Shown: positions 58,466 to 64,000 of the stretch, piece by piece
Layout of the letters: each line of letters begins with the position of its first letter
Position numbering within the stretch: position 1 is the stretch's first letter
From: Minutocellus sp. GHC0000111
Lineage: Eukaryota
NCBI GenBank assembly: GCA_977018835.1
Contig: OZ361261.1
Location: 1,054,001-1,118,000 of the forward strand
Direction of reading: 5' to 3'
DNA length: 64,000 bases
Made by a program: the position numbers and the translations under genes
The notes under the pieces: model-generated
What the model saw: only the letters and a program-made list of their open reading frames with translations
What the model was told of the DNA's origin: nothing
Databases searched by the model: none

Positions 58466-60507
58466 CTATCGCTTGCATTCCGTACAGCAAGTGCACTCTA
58501 GTTGACGATTTGGTCCACGGCAGTCAGAGATCAACGATCGGATGAAACCATCACCAATCGGAGGTACGCGATTATCGCATATTTGCTGTGGCATCGTGCC
58601 AGTGAGATCGGCGTACTCGAAGCCACCAACAATGAGAAGATCAAGATTTCCAAGCTCGGTCGGAATAGTTCCCCGAAGGGGATTGCCTCCGACTTGTAAG
58701 AAGCGCAGTGTTGTCATCTCGCCTAATCGTGGCGACAGGGTTCCAGTGAGGGTATTATTGTTGAGGTCAAATTGCAATAGCTCTCTCAAATCAAAGAAGG
58801 TGCTTGGGATGGTACCAGAAATTTCGTTGAAATCGACATCAAAGACCAAAAGCCTCTCCATCTTTCCATACTCCTCAGGAATAGGACCCGACAGACGGCC
58901 TCTCTCCGTGTAAAAGAAGCGAAGATCCGATAGCTCACTCACTTCCACTGGCAACGCCCCAATGAGGTTATTGCTCTCAAATTCGATCCTATCCAAACAC
59001 AAATCGTTAGCGTTGCACTCCAAACCTCCCCAGAAACACTCACTGACGGGCGTCAGCCAAGCATCGGTACCACTAATGCGAGGGAAAATGTCGGTGCCGA
59101 GAGGGGGCGGAGTAAGGCCCAAATTGCACGCATCATTGGCTTCTTGGATGCTCGCTGGGTCGGACAGATCATCAGGCGCAGAACACTGCACCCAATTGGG
59201 TCCATTGGTCGAGAAGTAGAACACAGCCGCGACATATCTCTGAAGAGACTTTGCATCCTGCGGGCAGACGTAGAGAGCATCTTCGTCAATGAGCCACTCG
59301 AGAGCATTGTATTGAGGAGTGCCCGGAGTGATTGGTGCCGTTGGTCCAGAAACACGAATTGCCTGGAGTGTGAGCTGTTCCCTTCGTTCCACAGGAGTCA
59401 AATTACATCGCAGTGTGGGGTTGAACGTAGGTGTAGCGGTAGGAGACGCCGTGGTTGGGACAGGGGTGGGCCCCGGCGTCGGACCGGGGGTCGGTGCTGG
59501 TGTGGGATTTGGCGTCGGTGGGGGCGTCGGTGGGACAGGGGTGGGCGGGACGGGCGTAGGCGGTGCCGCTGTGGGCGGAACTGGCGTCGGGGGCACTGCG
59601 AGAGGAGCAATGCCAAGAAGTGAAGAACAAGATACACGATGAGAAATGTGGCGAGAAGAATGAAAAAAATAAAGAAAAGATTTTCTGCTGTGATTATCGT
59701 TGACTTACCTGGCGTGGGAGGCACCGCCGTTGGAGGAACAGGAGTGGGTGCCTTTGTCGGGCTTGGTGTTGGGCCAGGAGTCGGTGCCTTGGTGGGTGCC
59801 TTCGTCGGTGCAGGCGTAGGAGGCTTTGTAGGTGCCTTCGTCGGTGCAGGCGTAGGAGGCTTTGTAGCGGAAGCTGTAATGGAAATGGTCACCACGGCAC
59901 TGTCGGTAGCACCAGATGTGTCGGCAATAGTGTACGTGAAGGAATCCGTGGCAGTCTCGCCGTTTTGGAGGGAATCGTATTGACCATTGGGATCGTATGT
60001 GTAGTCTCCCTTGTTGTTGATGGTCAGGATCGCACCAGAACCGAGCGTCACGGTAGTCTCACGTCGTACAGGCTTTCCATCTACACGGAACACGGCGATG
60101 TCGTCTCCATCGGGATCGGGATCGTTGGCCAAGACATTGCCACTGACGGTGGCATCGTCCCTGGTTGTAGCCGTGACGTCGTTGGCGACGGGGGGCAGAT
60201 TGGGGATGGACCCACCAACCTGCTGCAGCATGCGTGCCCAGAATTCTTCATCGGCCTCATCAATCACATCGCTATTATTTTCGTACATCTGCTGGCCCAT
60301 CAGCTTCATTGCCTTGGCTCCCAACCGCCGTCTCCTCCGGTCCGGGCCTTTGTTTTTGTTCCTTTTGCTATCTATCTTTGCTGTTGCTGCCTCCTCGGAT
60401 GCCACTTGCTGTGTTGCGGCAGATACCGACGATATGCAACCACCTGACAGGGCCCAAAGCCCCAAAGACAAGGCAATCAATCGATGGTGTCGCTGTAATT
60501 GCATCAT
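58466..60507 (-). CDS. Secreted protein: signal peptide, VCBS/cadherin-like domain, Pro-Thr stalk, LRR domain; intron 59596-59708
   Basis: LIALSLGLWALSGGCISSVSA; PPVAND...GNVLANDPDPDGD...YTYDP...DSFTYTI; PTPAPT repeats; TPQYNALEWL, QRYVAAVFYFST, ECFWGGLEC, LRRs, ISDC...CTCCTEC. Confidence 0.9.
59795..59866 (-). repeat. 36-bp in-frame tandem repeat (TKPPTPAPTKAP x2) in the Pro-Thr stalk
   Basis: GGTGCCTTCGTCGGTGCAGGCGTAGGAGGCTTTGTA x2 on the + strand. Confidence 0.9.
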
Positions 60508-61297
60508 TGCTGTACGATAATTTGATCGGCGGACGAAGCTATGCTGAACTGTCAATCACCTGTCAGATGTTGATTCCTACTTTTCGAAGCACGGCAACAA
60601 ATAGATACACAATGCGTGTGATGTGCTTGTATGCTCTATTCGTCCAATTGCTGAAAGATAACCACAAAAGTCTCGCCGCAAAGGTCGAATCGTACCGCAC
60701 CGATGATTAAAGGAATTCCTCTCAGCTACGCAGCGATCGACCGGTCTCTTGATGCGAGAAAGGCTTGAATCGAGGGACGTGTCAACACAAATACAACACA
60801 ACAGACAGGATATCCTACAGAATTTTACGATGCCAATCTTCCAATCCGTCTCGTTCTCTTGAAAATATCTTGGCGACTCTCACTCGGCCCCGTGACTTTG
60901 TTTGCCAGTCGTCGTCGTCGTCTCTCGGCACTCTCACTTCACTGTTGGCAGCTCCTTTGGTTGCCGTGCCTTCTTGGCTATCGCCAAATGAATTCGAACC
61001 TTGGCGATCGGTTCGGTACTTGCTGATTCTTGTAGCACAAGTGGACTTGTTCGACCGTATTCTCCATCGGCATTTGGTCACTCCCAAGCCTTCGACGCGC
61101 GAGCCTGCCGGCCAACGTGCGCCAGACGACTGGCAGGCACGACGTCACCGGTTCCACCTTCACTTTTCTCGCTGTCATTGCCGACCGCCTCGATCCACGC
61201 CACGGCCGCATTATTATAGCATTGATACGCTTGCTTGGGAACTGAAAGCCAGTGTTGCGCATACATATCGCAACCGTTTCCACTTACATATAGAGTT

Positions 61298-62926
61298 ATG
61301 CTCGCACTGTCCTCGTCGACCGTCCTCTTTCTGCTTGTGAACTCCTTCGTTGCCGGTCAGCACGCATCGTACTCCTTCGCAACAACCAGCAACACAAATC
61401 GGGTAAGTGTTTCCAATAGCGCCGCCGCTGGTAATTCCGGTCGAAGAAAAGCCGGATCTGCCTCCCCCGTCCACGCCGCCGTGAATAACAACCCTCTAAC
61501 TGGGACACAGATGGCCGCGAAGCGCCGATCAGTCAACGGCAATACCGCCATCCGACCGCACAGCAGCAGCAGGAATAGCAATATGAATGGGCTCAAACAG
61601 ACCGCCACGGCGCTGTCGGCCGACGGGGAATCTTCCGACTCGAACAACAACGACAGCAATGCCGCGGCCAAGGTCCCCCGCGGCGGAGAGGGAGCCACCG
61701 ACGACACCCTCAAGGTCGCCCTGAGCGCCGTCCCGACCATCGGCGCCATCGCCGGCCTGAAGTACGCCATCACCACCCTGCTCGCCCCCCAGACCTCCCC
61801 CGCCGCCATGTCGGCCAAGCTCGTGTTCGCCGGGGCCGTCGCCGGCATCATCAGCCGGACACTGTGCGCCCCCATCGAGATGGTCAGCACCGTCATGATG
61901 TGCCGCGGAGACGCCTGCCTTTCCATGCGCGACGAGCTCTCCCGCACGTGGCAGGCCGAGGGACTCCGCGGCATGTTCAAGGGCAACGGGGCCAACTGCC
62001 TCAAGGTCGCCCCGTCCCGCGGCACCCAATTCCTCGTGTACGAGTTCGTCAAGAAGATGCTCGTCACCCGCAACCTGGGCATGGACGTTGCCAAGAAATC
62101 CCTCCACGCCGGGTCCCGCCTCTTCGCCGGAGGCGTCGCCGGCATGGTCGCCGGCACCATCGTCTACCCCCTCGAGGTCGTCAAGACCATGCTCACCCTC
62201 TACCCCGAGGAGTGCACCTCCATCCCCGGTGCACTCAAGAAGGTATTCCGCACTGGTGGTGTCGGTGCTTTGTACCGTGGTTTGGGACCCACCCTCGTTG
62301 CCATGGTAAGTATATTTGATAAATGTCATGACATGTTTTGTTTTTCGGTTAGATTCATTCGGTGTCAGGTTTGAATCTCTCCCGACCTCCACGTCTCAAA
62401 GCATATGCGTTGGTTTGTGCGTGCATGTTGTTCCACCTCGATCTTCCACTGCTGAACGAAATGCGATAATCGTATTCCTAACTCAACGGTGCTGTTTTTT
62501 TCATGACTCTTCCCCTCTACTTCTCGATAATAGTTCCCATACGTCGGAGTTGAGTTCATGGTTTACGAGACCCTCAAGAAGCGATGGGAGGCCGCCTTCG
62601 GTCCTGCCGGCACCGTTGCCCTCCTAATCCTTGGCGCCCTGGGCGGTGCTGCCGCCCAGGCCTCGGCCCATCCCCTTGACGTCATCCGCCGCAGGATGCA
62701 GATGCAATCCATGAACAAGCAAAAGGGTGGAGACGATGACACCAAGGTCGCGACCAAGCCCTACTCGAACATGTTCACCGGCCTCTACCGCGTGGCCAAG
62801 GATGAGGGATGGCACGTTCTCTTCAACGGGTTGGGACCGGCCTGCCTGGAGAAGATTCCCAGTACCGCCTTTGGCTATTATATTTATGAAGGCATGAAGG
62901 TCGCTCTTGGAATTGCTTCGGTGTAA
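61298..62926 (+). CDS. Mitochondrial carrier family (SLC25-type) transporter with signal/transit extension; intron 62306-62533
   Basis: Carrier repeats APIEMV, YPLEVVKT, HPLDVIRRRMQ; EGLRGMFKGNGANCLKVAP; splice joins VAM|FPYVGVEF. Confidence 0.92.
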
Positions 62927-63701
62927 TTTTGACCGACGTCTCTGACCGATATGATTTTTTGGAATGGGTTTTGATTGATATCGAGGGGTGTGTTGGTGAC
63001 ACTGGGTCAAGGAGTCCTTGGAGTTCCTTTCTCCTGAACAGCTAGGCCTTATACTAGCTGCGTCATCAGATGGAAGGTTCCAAGGACTAGCGAAATCTTT
63101 TGTCTGTGGATCTCACACACTTCCTCAAGCCAGACTCTGGACTCGACGCGGTGGGAAATTGGTTCGAAGGAACACAGATCTACCGTGCAGTGACTTGGAA
63201 AAGGGCCTGTATTGATACATAGGTGTGGATGGAACGAGGAGAAGCGGTGTAGGGACAAAAATGTCCCGCGTCTCCTCGCGCGTGTATATGAAAGATGCAT
63301 CTGATATTCAGCTGCTAGCGAGAAAGATAGATTGAGGACGAAACGCATGTCAGAACGAAAACCACTAGATAGATATTCCGTTGCGTGTAAATTTGCTATT
63401 AGAAAATGCTGACTGCAGCTGCTCACAATATTTGAAGACTCTTCTATATTATGAATTTCCTCGTTCGTTATTATTATTTATGAGAGATACTACGATGCTT
63501 CCTCCCGCCGTTCTCAGACCCGATAACGGCAATCTTGGCATGTAGTATGTGGTATGTTTTCTTTTGTTTCTTCTGTGTGTTATGACATCATTCTGAATTG
63601 CCACTCTTGGGCAAACATATATAAATAATTCTTGGCACCCTTTGACGGTGCCCTTTTATTATGAAAGACGAACAGCTTCCCGAGCCATCCGTTTCTTCCC
63701 T

Positions 63702-64000
63702 TTAGAAGCACGACGAACAGCAGTCGCACTCAATTTTGGGATCATTTCCAGCACAATCTGCAGTTAAAATGTTAAGTAGCCCATTGGGAACACGATTATC
63801 GCAGACAGACTGTGGCATTGAACCGCTGAAATCATTGCCACGGAAGGTAGCAGTGTCTATTATAATAATGTTGCAGTGAACCATGAAATGAATGTGGACT
63901 TGGTGAGGATACGGTACTAGAATACCCCAGAGAGAAAACAATCGAGGACAGCAAAAAAAAACTCCTGTGGTACTTACGCAATTTTGTGAGCCGGCTAAAA
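63702..64000 (-). CDS. 3' end of an LRR protein (partial); intron 63857-63977
   Basis: [20 protein letters not shown]...[17 protein letters not shown] matches the cap of the other two LRR genes; GTAAGT...ATAG intron. Confidence 0.8.
   Translation of the reverse strand, partial: LAGSQNCVSTTGVFFCCPRLFSLWGILVPYPHQVHIHFMVHCNIIIIDTATFRGNDFSGSMPQSVCDNRVPNGLLNILTADCAGNDPKIECDCCSSCF

Noticed and set aside
59875..60201. Bacterial contamination or chimeric contig as the source of the VCBS-like domain
   Set aside because: It is in frame with a eukaryotic signal peptide and Pro-Thr stalk in a spliced gene with no compositional break, although reads were not available

Overview
Gene-dense eukaryotic nuclear DNA, very probably a diatom (GT-AG introns, several ASAFAP-type bipartite plastid signals, diatom-style LRR proteins ending in ADC..CxCCxxC, RxL motifs). 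About 27 protein genes can be modelled, including primase small subunit, a ~12 kb six-exon ATR kinase, two inverted RING/Sel1/MYND paralogues, a Nudix-aldo/keto reductase fusion, coproporphyrinogen oxidase, three adjacent EGY-like M50 proteases, an MFS transporter, a UBAP2-like low-complexity protein, sulfite oxidase, an HSF, RNase HII, a class 3 lipase, a fibrillin, plastid PGK, a carrier-family transporter and three LRR proteins. No rRNA, tRNA or CRISPR was recognised. Best leads: (1) a bacterial VCBS/cadherin-like adhesin repeat inside an intron-containing secreted LRR protein; (2) a ~1.5 kb TA-flanked TIR element plus intergenic tracts of TA-bounded palindromes resembling stacked excision footprints; (3) the M50 triplet with an unnamed repeated helical module; (4) the Nudix-AKR fusion. 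About 14 frame disruptions affect otherwise conserved genes and may be assembly errors, so they need checking against reads. All family calls come from motif recognition by eye; no database search was run.
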